Source: Candidatus Bilamarchaeum dharawalense (lineage in GTDB: Archaea; Micrarchaeota; Micrarchaeia; Anstonellales; Bilamarchaeaceae). From it: a stretch of 64,000 bases of DNA. Both the position numbers and the translations under genes were made by a program. Positions within the stretch are counted from its first letter, which is position 1; each line of letters opens with the position of its first letter. The notes beneath the pieces were generated by a model, which was given only the letters and a program-made list of their open reading frames with translations, was not told the DNA's origin and searched no databases. Location of the stretch: assembly GCA_902386555.1 (NCBI GenBank), contig CABMJJ010000001.1, positions 5,381 to 69,380 of the forward strand, read 5' to 3'. Shown one piece after another: positions 36,092 to 45,912 of the stretch.

Positions 36092-38767
36092 ATGAAACTT
36101 CTGAATTTCATCGCATTGATATTGATTTTAGGACTCGCGTCTGCCGAAACAGCACCACTACAGGTTATTGCTGTTGACAGCGGACCAGCAGGTTATGGAA
36201 CACCATCTGTTTCGGGTGTAACCATATATATGAGAAATCCTGCAACAGGTGGCTTAGTGGACAGCCACACCACTAATACTGCAGGTGCCATGTTCTATCC
36301 AACTCTAGGTAGCCAATTTTATGTAACCACAGCTGGCCCAAGTGGATCTGCTTTGGGTGGGACATATGGATTTATACAGGAACTTGATGGCCAAGGTGTT
36401 CCGAGTTTTACAATAACAAAAAATGGCAGTATTTATGCTCTTTGTAGAGTAAGCACAGGTGAATGTTCATATACTACCTCATCTTCAATGCTGATACTTT
36501 ACAAAATTCATGAGTCAACTGGACCACAACCACAAAATGGTGGTGAAATTCTTTGTATAGGTGAATCAATAACCAAATCTGGACACACAGTAAAATTGGA
36601 CAATATAATAAAACCAGCAACTCCAGTGGATAAAGCTAAATTTACGATCACACCTTCCAACTGGGATCCGACATTAAACATTGATGGGATAACCCATATC
36701 TATACCGGCAATGGTTACAATCTAACGATTCAAGTATTTAGTTCGATTAATGATTGTGTTGAAATAAAATTTGATGTCACTCAGACAAACACAGGATTTA
36801 CTGATCTATCCTGTACAGATAATGACAATGGGGATAATAGATACGTGAAGGGAAGTGTTACCTATTTCTATAAATATAATGGTAATCCAAACACTTACAC
36901 GTATACAGATTATTGTAAGGATTCTGATACTGTTTCTGAAAGTTTTTGTGTTGGTACAACCCCGAATATATGGGATAGGGATTGTCCATCTGGCTATGCA
37001 TGTAGCGATGGAGCATGCGTTCAGGATACAGGGTACGATTGTACAAGCACTGACGAAGCAAATGGTGCTTACAACATCTATGTACAGGGTACCAGAACAG
37101 TTAATGGTATAACTGCAACAGACTATTGCAATGGTGATTATCTTGTTGAAACCTATTGTAGTGGGGATACTGGGTATACTACAACAGTAAGCTGCCCAAC
37201 AGGATATTCCTGTTCTAATGGTGCATGCACACAAAACTCACAACAATGCAGCGATAGTGATGCAAGCAATACTCTCAACAGCCTTTTTGTTAAGGGAACT
37301 ACCACGGGTCTAAATCCAGACGGCTATTATATAGTTGCTAAAGATGCCTGTAGCTCAGACACTCAGGTTGTTGAGTATGTTTGCCAGAACAATGTTGTTG
37401 TACCAATAGATAGCGATGGTACCTTCTGCCCAAGTGGGTATACTTGTTCCGATGGTGCCTGTGTTGCTCAAACAAATGGCTGTTATGACAATGATGGCGG
37501 ACGGGACATTTACACTGCAAGTTCATCATATAACTCAAACAATGAATGGGGTTATGATGTTTGTTATAATAGCAACATTGTCAAAGAATATTATTGCAAC
37601 GGCAACTCTATGACCTACGCCTACCTCAACTGCCCATCAGGGTATGTTTGCAGCAATAACAGTGGAATGACTGGCGGTAGGTGTGTTTATTCTACACAGA
37701 ATAGTTGCACCGATGCTGATGGTCAGAATTATTATAAACAAAGTACAGTGAACTACAATGGCCAAAGCTATACGGACTATTGTAATGTCAATAATCAAGT
37801 TGTGGAATACTCCTGTGTTAATGGCATGGTATCAACGGGATATTTCCCTTGTCCATCAGGATATTCATGTTCTGATGGAGCATGTACGTACAACAATGGA
37901 TTGACAAAATACAAAGTATATGTTGCAGATAAGAAGGGAAATTATTTCGATTATCTCAGTGGAAATGTTTTAGTCCAAATGAAAGAAAAGAGTACAAACA
38001 ATGTAATTCAAGAGATATATACATCAAAACACAATGTGGACCCAAACAAATATGCTGAATTTGATTTTCCGATTGGACAGGATGTGTATTTTGAGGCCAG
38101 TCTTGGAAACCAAAAATACGGAGGTTTGTTAAGCCCAGTATACAACTGCGATCCTGCACATTACTCGCAAAAAAGTGGCGAATACATTAAATTTTATGTA
38201 AACGGCTACTGGACAGCAACAGAAATTTCAAACAGTACGGTTTTGGAACCAAGCAGCTGTTCAGAAACAGAAGAATATTACACAGTAGAGCTGAAAACAG
38301 GTTGGAATTTGCTTTCCGTACCATTGTCTTCAAATAATGAAGCAGAAGTGGTAAGTACAACCTGTGACGTATCCAAAGCTTACATCTTTGATCCAAATAC
38401 CAAGTCCTATTTGACAACCGGTTATGGAGTAGGAGTGGGAGATATGGTTTTAGTACCAAATTCATTTTGGGTAAAAACCGACAGCCCATGTAAGATCCAG
38501 TTCAAGGGAGTCAGTGAAAATACCTACCAGGATGGTTGGTCAGTCCGCGCAGGTTGGGTTGGTTTTGGAGGTCCCTACTCAAACACAAATTGGGAAAGTA
38601 TGTCAGGGGACTGTGAAGTTTTAAGCGGACCATGGCGATTCGATAGCGAGGCATGGATGTGGAAGAAAGCCACGACAATAAAACCTGGGGAAGGGTATTT
38701 TGTGAAGGTCAAGAATTCTTGTACTCTCGGCGGGTCAAGCTCTTTACCTCCGGCCCTCCCAGGTTAA
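36092..38767 (+). CDS. large secreted protein with about 7 tandem Cys-rich modules
   Basis: Signal MKLLNFIALILILGLASA. The repeated module is C-(T/S)-D-x-D-x-G-x-(N/D)-x-Y-x-(K/Q)-G-...-DYC-...-V-x-E-(Y/T)-x-C-...-CP(S/T)GY-x-CS(D/N)GAC. The distinct C-terminal ~290 aa ends ...SSSLPPALPG. Confidence 0.85.
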   Translation: MKLLNFIALILILGLASAETAPLQVIAVDSGPAGYGTPSVSGVTIYMRNPATGGLVDSHTTNTAGAMFYPTLGSQFYVTTAGPSGSALGGTYGFIQELDGQGVPSFTITKNGSIYALCRVSTGECSYTTSSSMLILYKIHESTGPQPQNGGEILCIGESITKSGHTVKLDNIIKPATPVDKAKFTITPSNWDPTLNIDGITHIYTGNGYNLTIQVFSSINDCVEIKFDVTQTNTGFTDLSCTDNDNGDNRYVKGSVTYFYKYNGNPNTYTYTDYCKDSDTVSESFCVGTTPNIWDRDCPSGYACSDGACVQDTGYDCTSTDEANGAYNIYVQGTRTVNGITATDYCNGDYLVETYCSGDTGYTTTVSCPTGYSCSNGACTQNSQQCSDSDASNTLNSLFVKGTTTGLNPDGYYIVAKDACSSDTQVVEYVCQNNVVVPIDSDGTFCPSGYTCSDGACVAQTNGCYDNDGGRDIYTASSSYNSNNEWGYDVCYNSNIVKEYYCNGNSMTYAYLNCPSGYVCSNNSGMTGGRCVYSTQNSCTDADGQNYYKQSTVNYNGQSYTDYCNVNNQVVEYSCVNGMVSTGYFPCPSGYSCSDGACTYNNGLTKYKVYVADKKGNYFDYLSGNVLVQMKEKSTNNVIQEIYTSKHNVDPNKYAEFDFPIGQDVYFEASLGNQKYGGLLSPVYNCDPAHYSQKSGEYIKFYVNGYWTATEISNSTVLEPSSCSETEEYYTVELKTGWNLLSVPLSSNNEAEVVSTTCDVSKAYIFDPNTKSYLTTGYGVGVGDMVLVPNSFWVKTDSPCKIQFKGVSENTYQDGWSVRAGWVGFGGPYSNTNWESMSGDCEVLSGPWRFDSEAWMWKKATTIKPGEGYFVKVKNSCTLGGSSSLPPALPG

Positions 38768-38777
38768 GGGTGACAAA

Positions 38778-38984
38778 ATGAATCAACTTGTTGCTGGGTT
38801 TTTTATTTTATTTTTATTTTTAGGATGCGCTGGTATAGATAACATCACGGAAAATATCTCAAACGGAGGAGGGGTGCAAAACAACAGTGGAGATCTGGCA
38901 GTACCCCATAATTATGACATGCCACCACCATTGCCAGATGACATACCAGACATGGATGATGGCCCTCCGCCTCTACCCTCCTAA
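38778..38984 (+). CDS. small secreted/lipoprotein-like Pro-rich protein
   Basis: LFLFLGCAG lipobox-like. C-terminal DMPPPLPDDIPDMDDGPPPLPS. Confidence 0.5.
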   Translation: MNQLVAGFFILFLFLGCAGIDNITENISNGGGVQNNSGDLAVPHNYDMPPPLPDDIPDMDDGPPPLPS

Positions 38985-39013
38985 TTTTTATTTATTCTTT
39001 TATCTTATTATAC

Positions 39014-39139
39014 ATGAAAAAGCCAGATAAAAAACTTCCAAAGATAAAAACAATGGCTGAAATAGAAAAAGAGTACCCTATTTGTGGAACAGCCAAACTC
39101 TGGATGAAAAAACTGGCAAAAGATAAGAAGGCGAAATAA
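39014..39139 (+). CDS. possible Lys-rich mini-protein (41 aa)
   Basis: Hand translation MKKPDKKLPKIKTMAEIEKEYPICGTAKLWMKKLAKDKKAK*. It ends 2 nt before the helicase ATG and could be a leader peptide or non-coding. Confidence 0.25.
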   Translation: MKKPDKKLPKIKTMAEIEKEYPICGTAKLWMKKLAKDKKAK

Positions 39140-39141
39140 AA

Positions 39142-40341
39142 ATGGGATTTAGAACTTTAGGGTTAAGCGAAAAAACCCTTATGGCACTTAGTAAATTGAA
39201 ATATTCAAAACCAACCGAAGTACAACAAAAGGTAATACCTGAGATAATTGCAAGTCATAATCTGATTGTGAGAAGCCAGACCGGAACTGGAAAAACTGCT
39301 GCTTTTGGAATTGGAATAATCGAAAGATTAGCCCATAGGACATCAAAAAAGGCATTGATACTTACTCCAACAAGAGAGTTGGCAGTCCAGGTATGTAAAG
39401 AATTGCAAAGCATTGGCCAGAATCACCAGTTTAAAATTCACGTTGTCTATGGTGGGCAGAGCATTGAGAACCAAATAGATAATTTGAGGCATGGACTGGA
39501 CATACTTATTGCAACGCCAGGACGGTTGCTTGATTTATGTAGACGAGGTTCTGTAAAAATTAATGAATTTGATATTATAGTTTTGGATGAAGCAGATCAG
39601 ATGCTAGATATGGGTTTTCTGGACGAGGTAACCGCAATTTTAGATCAGCTGCCCCAACACAGACTAGGTTTGCTTCTTTCAGCCACATTGGATGATAGCA
39701 TAATGAGGATATCATCAAAATATGTAAAACATCCAAAAACCATAGAAATAGGAGACATAAGACCTGCAGAGACCATCAAGGAAGAACATGTCGAGATAAC
39801 AGATATGGAAAAATTCCCGAAGCTTGTTGAGATATTGAATGCACATAAAAATATCAAGACACTGATTTTTAGAGAAACAAAGATGGGAACAACGAGGCTG
39901 CAGGAAAGATTGTGGCATCGTGGAATTAAGGCAGGTGAATTGCAGGGAGATATGTCACAGGCAAAAAGAAACAAAACATTGATGGACTTCAAAGAAGGTA
40001 GGATTAATGTTCTTGTTGCTACCAATGTTGCGGCCAGAGGTCTCCATGTCGATAATCTGGGTTTGATTATTAATTATGACAAAGCCCAAAGCGAAGAGGT
40101 ACACCTTCACAGAGTTGGTAGAACTGGGCGTATGGGTCAGGAAGGTAAAGCGATAAATTTCATTCAAAGAAAACAGACATTAGACGAAAGAATGAGTGAT
40201 GATCATCCTGATTTTGCATGGATGAAACAGGGAACGGAGACCTATTCTAAAAAAAGTCATGACCAACAACCTAGAAGAGAACATAGATCACATGATAGAA
40301 ACTACCAACAGGATCACCGAAAACCCAGAAAAAGATTTTGA
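39142..40341 (+). CDS. DEAD-box ATP-dependent RNA helicase
   Basis: Q-motif region, SQTGTGKTAAF, PTRELA, VLDEADQM, SAT, HRVGRTGR. Basic C-terminal tail. Confidence 0.92.
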   Translation: MGFRTLGLSEKTLMALSKLKYSKPTEVQQKVIPEIIASHNLIVRSQTGTGKTAAFGIGIIERLAHRTSKKALILTPTRELAVQVCKELQSIGQNHQFKIHVVYGGQSIENQIDNLRHGLDILIATPGRLLDLCRRGSVKINEFDIIVLDEADQMLDMGFLDEVTAILDQLPQHRLGLLLSATLDDSIMRISSKYVKHPKTIEIGDIRPAETIKEEHVEITDMEKFPKLVEILNAHKNIKTLIFRETKMGTTRLQERLWHRGIKAGELQGDMSQAKRNKTLMDFKEGRINVLVATNVAARGLHVDNLGLIINYDKAQSEEVHLHRVGRTGRMGQEGKAINFIQRKQTLDERMSDDHPDFAWMKQGTETYSKKSHDQQPRREHRSHDRNYQQDHRKPRKRF

Positions 40342-40578
40342 CTATTTGATTTTCAGTAGCTCTTTGAGTTTTGGTTCATCAAAACCAACAACTATCTTTC
40401 CATCAATGTCAGTTACCGGGATTCCGTTTTGACCGCTTTTTCGAACTGATTCTTCAGCATATTTGTTATCGTCTACATCGCGAGCCTGAAATTTTATTTT
40501 GTGTTTTTTTAAGAAATCCATGACAGTGTGACACCATGGACACCACTCAGCAAAGTAGACAATTACGGATTTTGCCAT
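40342..40578 (-). CDS. glutaredoxin-like (NrdH/YruB-type) small redoxin, copy 1
   Basis: From ATG 40578: MAKSVIVYFAEWCPWCHTVMDFLKKHKIKF...GIPVTDIDGKIVVGFD. CPWC active site. Confidence 0.8.
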   Translation of the reverse strand: MAKSVIVYFAEWCPWCHTVMDFLKKHKIKFQARDVDDNKYAEESVRKSGQNGIPVTDIDGKIVVGFDEPKLKELLKIK

Positions 40579-40631
40579 AAAATAATTAACCAACTAAACT
40601 TTATAATCTCTATCCAAGAAAGTAAATTACA

Positions 40632-42389
40632 ATGGTAACAAGAGTAGCAGTTATAGACAGGGATATTTGTACAAACATCAAGTGCGGTTATGCTTGCATA
40701 AAAGTTTGTCCACCAAATAGGATGGGTGAAGAGTGCATTGTAATCGAAAAAGGAACCGTCTTCCCAGCGATAGCCGAACACATATGCATTGGCTGCGGTC
40801 TTTGTGTGAAAAAATGCCCAGTACACTGTATTGCCATTGTAAATCTTGCTCAGGAGCTTAAGGAACCCATATACCAATATGGCGTAAATACATTCCGACT
40901 TTATGGTCTACCCCTACCAATCGAAGGGGCAGTATCGCTGGTTGGTAAAAATGGGATTGGAAAAACCACCGCAATAAAATTATTATCAAGACAGATTGTA
41001 CCAAACTTTGCCAACTTTAGTAAAGAGTACACAGAACAGGAAATTTTGGATAAGCTTTCACTGGATGTTAAACGCTATTTTGTTACTACGAAAGACGGTA
41101 TAAAGGTCAGTGTTAAACCACAGCATATAGATCGTATTAGGGATGCATTTAATGGTACGGCTCGTGAATTGTTACACACGGTCTTGAGTCAGGATAAAAT
41201 TGTGGAAATTGCAAAAACTTTCAAAATTGAAGAAATTTTAGAACGAAAGATTAGCCAACTTTCTGGCGGGGAATTACAGAAAGTCGCAATTGCCGTTGCC
41301 TGCGCAAAAGAAGCAGAGATATACTATTTTGATGAAGTAACGAACTATTTGGATATAGAAGAAAGACTTCGGATTGGTGTTATAATAAAGGATCTGGCCG
41401 AGAGGAAAAAAGTTGTAATGGCAGAACATGACCTGACAATCTTGGACTATGTTAGCAATTATGTTCATATCATTTACGGTGACGAAAACGTTTACGGTGT
41501 TGTTTCCGGTGTGAAGAATGTCCGTACTGGAATTAACGAGTATATCGCTGGATATCTGAAGGATGAAAATGTCAGATTTAGAAACCATGAAATTGAATTC
41601 AGCCAGCACAGTGAAGGCGAGATAAGAACCCCCACGTTATTGAAATACGATATACTAAAGAAAAAATTCAAAGGATTTGACTTTTCAAGCGATCCCGGTG
41701 AAATAAAAAAAGGGGAAATTCTTGGCCTGGTTGGCAAAAATGCACTAGGTAAATCTCTGTTTGTCAAAATGCTTGTGGGAATTGAAAAGGCAGATGAAGG
41801 ACAACAGATCACACTTAAAGTTTCATATAAACCACAGTACATAACTGCAGAGGATGTATACGTTTCTGAACTTTTTAGAGATAAGAATCTGGATCTTACA
41901 ATTCTTGAAGAGTGTAAAAGACGTTTGAATGTCGGTATGTTTTTTGACAAGAAATTAACTGAACTTTCAGGTGGAGAACTCCAGAGAGTTGCCCTGTCCC
42001 TTGCATTGTCACAAAAAGCGGATATCTATTTATTCGATGAACCAAGTGCATTCCTGGATATTGAACAAAGATTCGAATTTGCAGGACTTCTTCGCAAGGT
42101 AATTAGTGAAAGTGAAAAGAGTGCGTTTGTCGTTGACCATGATATTGTTTTTGTTGATGCAATAGCAAACAGACTGATTGTATTTGATGGAAAAAGTTCT
42201 GTTCGTGGACATGCCTCTGCACCCTTGAATAAGAAAAATGGGATGAACAGCTTCCTGAAGGTGGCTGGAATAACCATGAGAAGGGATAGGGATACTAAAA
42301 GACCCAGGATAAACAAACCTGGAAGCCAGCTGGATAGCGAACAGATAGCAGCAGGCGAATATTTCTACTATAACCGAGAATCAGGATAG
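40632..42389 (+). CDS. abcE1: ABCE1 / RNase L inhibitor-type ribosome recycling ATPase
   Basis: N-terminal FeS domain (CTNIKCGYACIKVCP; CIGCGLCVKKCP). Two ABC cassettes (GKNGIGKTT, LSGGELQ; GKNALGKS, LSGGELQR). Confidence 0.92.
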   Translation: MVTRVAVIDRDICTNIKCGYACIKVCPPNRMGEECIVIEKGTVFPAIAEHICIGCGLCVKKCPVHCIAIVNLAQELKEPIYQYGVNTFRLYGLPLPIEGAVSLVGKNGIGKTTAIKLLSRQIVPNFANFSKEYTEQEILDKLSLDVKRYFVTTKDGIKVSVKPQHIDRIRDAFNGTARELLHTVLSQDKIVEIAKTFKIEEILERKISQLSGGELQKVAIAVACAKEAEIYYFDEVTNYLDIEERLRIGVIIKDLAERKKVVMAEHDLTILDYVSNYVHIIYGDENVYGVVSGVKNVRTGINEYIAGYLKDENVRFRNHEIEFSQHSEGEIRTPTLLKYDILKKKFKGFDFSSDPGEIKKGEILGLVGKNALGKSLFVKMLVGIEKADEGQQITLKVSYKPQYITAEDVYVSELFRDKNLDLTILEECKRRLNVGMFFDKKLTELSGGELQRVALSLALSQKADIYLFDEPSAFLDIEQRFEFAGLLRKVISESEKSAFVVDHDIVFVDAIANRLIVFDGKSSVRGHASAPLNKKNGMNSFLKVAGITMRRDRDTKRPRINKPGSQLDSEQIAAGEYFYYNRESG

Positions 42390-42617
42390 TTTTAGGGCTT
42401 CCTTGATCTTCTTTACATTAAAACCAATTATTATTGTTCCGTCAATATCCGTAACAGGTACACCATAACCACCACTTTTAGCAAAAATTTCTTTTGCGAA
42501 TTCTGGATTGTTGGATGCGTTTCTTTCTTCGTAATCGATTTTATTTTGCTTTAGAAAATCCTTAAGTTTAACACACCAGGGACAGTTGTTGGTGGAGTAG
42601 ACAATGGGTTTGACCAT
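42381..42617 (-). CDS. glutaredoxin-like small redoxin, copy 2
   Basis: From ATG 42617: MVKPIVYSTNNCPWCVKLKDFLKQNKIDY...GVPVTDIDGTIIIGFN. Its 3' end overlaps the abcE1 stop by 9 nt. Confidence 0.8.
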   Translation of the reverse strand: MVKPIVYSTNNCPWCVKLKDFLKQNKIDYEERNASNNPEFAKEIFAKSGGYGVPVTDIDGTIIIGFNVKKIKEALKLS

Positions 42618-42671
42618 GGATTGAATTAGCTCCATTAAAATTAAAAACAATCAGAAAAAAAAGGGAGATTT

Positions 42672-42694
42672 AAAAAGAACCGTTGGTTCTTTTT
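42672..42694. promoter_or_regulatory. 23-nt palindromic hairpin (family member) immediately upstream of ilvE start
   Basis: AAAAAGAACC-GTT-GGTTCTTTTT, a perfect 10-bp stem ending 3 nt before ATG 42698. Confidence 0.4.
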
Positions 42695-42697
42695 ATC

Positions 42698-43615
42698 ATG
42701 AAGCCCCTTAGCAAGATATGGATGGATGGAAAATTCGTAAACTGGGATGATGCCAAAATCCATGTTCTTACCCATGGACTGCATTACGGAACTGCCATAT
42801 TCGAGGGTATGCGATGCTATGATACAAAAAACGGCCCTGCAGTATTTAGAATGAAAGACCACTATCACAGGCTTTTCAGAGGAGCAAAGGCCTACGAGTT
42901 CAAGATTAATTATTCTCAAAATCATCTTATCAGTGTTACCAAGGAACTTATTCGAAAAAATAAAGTAAAAAGTTGCTACATACGACCGATATGTTACATT
43001 GGATATTCTTCAATCGGAATAAATATGCTGGATAAGCCATTTCACCTGTCAATCATACCTGTTGATTTTGCAAAATATTTTGGTAAAAAGGCTGAACTTG
43101 GGATAAGCTGTACGATCTCCAGCTGGAGAAGAATTAGTGCAAACATACTTTCACCACATGTGAAAGCAAGCGCCAACTACCTTAATTCTGCACTTGCAAA
43201 AGTGGATGCGATAAATGGAGGGTATGATGAGGCCATAATGTTGTCTCAGGATGGCCACGTATCCGAAGGTACAGGTGAAAATGTTTTTGTCTACCGCGAT
43301 GGTGAATTGGTAACTCCTCCGCTTTACGATGGTGTGCTGGCAGGCTTAACCAGAGATAGTGTAATTCAAATTGCCATAGACCTTGGGATTCCCATAAGAG
43401 AAAGATCAATACTAAGAGATGAACTTTATACTGCAGATGAGATGTTCCTATGCGGTACTGCGGCTGAGATAACCCCTGTTCTCAGTGTTGATAAGAGACA
43501 AATCGGCGATGGAAAGAAACCCGGAGAGATAACCAACAGGATACGAAAAAGATTTTTCGATATTGTATCTGGTAAAGATGAAAGATTTGTAAAATGGCTT
43601 GACTTTGTTGATTAA
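42698..43615 (+). CDS. ilvE: branched-chain amino acid aminotransferase
   Basis: IWMDGKFVNWDDAKIHVLTHGLHYGTAIFEGMRCY, KASANYLNSALAK (PLP Lys), EGTGENVF, LAGLTRDSV. Confidence 0.9.
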   Translation: MKPLSKIWMDGKFVNWDDAKIHVLTHGLHYGTAIFEGMRCYDTKNGPAVFRMKDHYHRLFRGAKAYEFKINYSQNHLISVTKELIRKNKVKSCYIRPICYIGYSSIGINMLDKPFHLSIIPVDFAKYFGKKAELGISCTISSWRRISANILSPHVKASANYLNSALAKVDAINGGYDEAIMLSQDGHVSEGTGENVFVYRDGELVTPPLYDGVLAGLTRDSVIQIAIDLGIPIRERSILRDELYTADEMFLCGTAAEITPVLSVDKRQIGDGKKPGEITNRIRKRFFDIVSGKDERFVKWLDFVD

Positions 43616-44124
43616 TTTTTGATATATTTACTGAACAGATTTCGTATCCAAACTGGAACGGGTTCATAGTCCTGTGCAACCAACATATCCGCATGGGAAA
43701 GTTTCTGCTCATTTTCACTGCCATTTGCGATGATTCTTATTTCACCAGTTCTCCACAAACGTACAAAAGTAGTTGTTGGTTTGGTCGATGTGGCAAGTTC
43801 TAGAGCATTAATATCGCTCATCCAGACCTCGTAGTCGTAATCAACAGTAGAACCACATTTCAAATGGGTGATCTTATTTGGTAGGACCTCACCGTTTATT
43901 ACAATATTCTCACCATTGATAAATGAAAAATGTAGGATAATTCTATCACTTAAAAAAAGATCAGAAACTTTGGTGGGTAGCCAAATAAACTCATCATCCG
44001 AAGAAATGGTTTGTTCGCAGGAGGATGGGATGTGAGTCAGGTAGTATTCGGTAACTGCAATGCTACTTACAACTGAACCTATTGTAAGAATCGCAAGGAT
44101 GAGGAAGAGGTATATACGATTCAT
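43612..44124 (-). CDS. hypothetical membrane-anchored protein
   Basis: From ATG 44124: MNRIYLFLILAILTIGSVV.... No motif. Confidence 0.5.
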   Translation of the reverse strand: MNRIYLFLILAILTIGSVVSSIAVTEYYLTHIPSSCEQTISSDDEFIWLPTKVSDLFLSDRIILHFSFINGENIVINGEVLPNKITHLKCGSTVDYDYEVWMSDINALELATSTKPTTTFVRLWRTGEIRIIANGSENEQKLSHADMLVAQDYEPVPVWIRNLFSKYIKN

Positions 44125-44145
44125 AATACTACAATAGAACAAAGA

Positions 44146-44604
44146 CTATTTAATAGTAAAAAAAGCAGCGAAACCAACGATAATAAAAATCGCCCCGAAT
44201 GCTGCAAAAAATACATTCAATATGGAAAAGGGGTGTAGGTCATCCTTTAATCTTGATTCTGATGGATTGGATGGATTAACATAAATTTTAACGGTCTTAC
44301 CAGCATAATTGCTTTTAGTAAATTTTTCTGCATCATCCGGATTGTCCATGGCAGTTGAACAACAATCACCAGAGTAGGAGTTGCTGTTAAAGGTGTAGGT
44401 GTATTGTATGTCTGGCCAGTAGCTTGAACCATCAGAATCATAATCAGACGTATAATCAGAAAAGGTGATTTGAGCTGAAGCTAGTCTCCAGTTCTTTTGA
44501 ATTAGAATATCGCTAACAATCCAGTAACCACCAATGACAAAGAAAATAAGACCAACAAAAACCATAAGCAATGAACCGTAATTTGATGCCATGGGTGATA
44601 TCAT
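44146..44604 (-). CDS. DUF3592-like membrane protein
   Basis: TM - beta-rich middle (YTSDYDSDGSSYWPDIQYTYTFNSNSYSG) - TM, the layout typical of DUF3592. Confidence 0.55.
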   Translation of the reverse strand: MISPMASNYGSLLMVFVGLIFFVIGGYWIVSDILIQKNWRLASAQITFSDYTSDYDSDGSSYWPDIQYTYTFNSNSYSGDCCSTAMDNPDDAEKFTKSNYAGKTVKIYVNPSNPSESRLKDDLHPFSILNVFFAAFGAIFIIVGFAAFFTIK

Positions 44605-44657
44605 AATAGAAAGTTTATAACTTGGGTGATCTGGTGACCAAGAAAAGCATTTAAACT

Positions 44658-45887
44658 ATGGACATGAGAACCAATGCAGTGTATTATGGTGAACCAATGA
44701 AACTCCATAATAAGACAGATAGGAAAAATAATTTTCTAATTCAAGATAAATTACGTTACATGCTAGCGGATTCGCCATTTGATTGGATTTATTGGATAGA
44801 TACAAATAGAAAACTCAGTTATATGTCAGAGTCGTGCAAACGAATAACAGGATATGCAAGAGACGCTTTTTTTAAAAATCCCAAGTTATTGAGTACGCTT
44901 ACTCATCCTGTTGATCGAAGATTGATGAGCGACCACATGAAAAAGTGTTTGAAAAACAAGGAGGTTGCAGTGATTCGTTATCGTATCCTGGATCGAAATG
45001 GACGGGAACACCTTATAGAACATCTTTGCCATAAGGTCTATGACATAGAAGGGAATTGGATAGGTCGAAGAATTAGTAATCGCGACATAACTGAGGTAAT
45101 GAAACTTAATAAGGCAGTTATCGAAGCTACTGAAAAGGCATCATTATACTTGGACATTGCCAGCAGTATGATTGTGGTTATAAAAAAAGACCAGACCATC
45201 GATACGATAAATAAAAAAGCATGTGATATTTTAGGATATCCTCAAAGATGGCTAATGGGGAAGAATTGGTTTGACCTGTGTATTCCAAAGAGTGATAGGA
45301 AAAAAGTAAAGGCCGTATTCAAAAGAATCATTCACGGGAAACTGGAACCAGTCAAGTCCTTTGAGAATCTTATTCAGACTAGGGATGGAGAACAAAAACG
45401 TATTGCTTGGAATAATAGTTATGTAAGAGATTCGGATGGAGATATAATTGCCACAATTAGTTCAGGCCAGGATATAACTGAGCAAAGTAGGATGGAACAA
45501 CTACGAAAGGCATCATTACAAAACAAAACTGCGATTATCAATTATATTAATGATGCAATAATTGTTTTTGATAAAAAAGGTATGATTGTAGATATTAATC
45601 CAGCCTTTGAAAGAGTTACCGGTTATAATAGAAGCGAATTAATCGATAAAAATATTTTTGACATAGCATCAAGAGTAATAAAATCAAGCCAAATAAAAGC
45701 ATGTGCAAGAAATTTTACTTCCGCATTGCTCGGAAAACCAGTGGATACATCTGAAACCACAATAATTAGTAAAGCGGGATTAGAAATCCCCGTACTTTAC
45801 ACATTCTCCTACATTCATGATGAGAATCTGGGTCTAGTTATCACATCGATGGTTGATATTAGTCAGTACAAAAAATCTAGGAAATAG
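44658..45887 (+). CDS. multi-PAS-domain sensor protein without recognisable output domain
   Basis: Three PAS-like units (e.g. ...GKNWFDLCIPKSDRKKV...DGEQKRIAWNNSYVRDSDGDIIATISSGQDITE...). No His-kinase, HTH or GGDEF motifs. Confidence 0.7.
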   Translation: MDMRTNAVYYGEPMKLHNKTDRKNNFLIQDKLRYMLADSPFDWIYWIDTNRKLSYMSESCKRITGYARDAFFKNPKLLSTLTHPVDRRLMSDHMKKCLKNKEVAVIRYRILDRNGREHLIEHLCHKVYDIEGNWIGRRISNRDITEVMKLNKAVIEATEKASLYLDIASSMIVVIKKDQTIDTINKKACDILGYPQRWLMGKNWFDLCIPKSDRKKVKAVFKRIIHGKLEPVKSFENLIQTRDGEQKRIAWNNSYVRDSDGDIIATISSGQDITEQSRMEQLRKASLQNKTAIINYINDAIIVFDKKGMIVDINPAFERVTGYNRSELIDKNIFDIASRVIKSSQIKACARNFTSALLGKPVDTSETTIISKAGLEIPVLYTFSYIHDENLGLVITSMVDISQYKKSRK

Positions 45888-45912
45888 AAAGAGATATAAA
45901 AAACAAGCCAGT

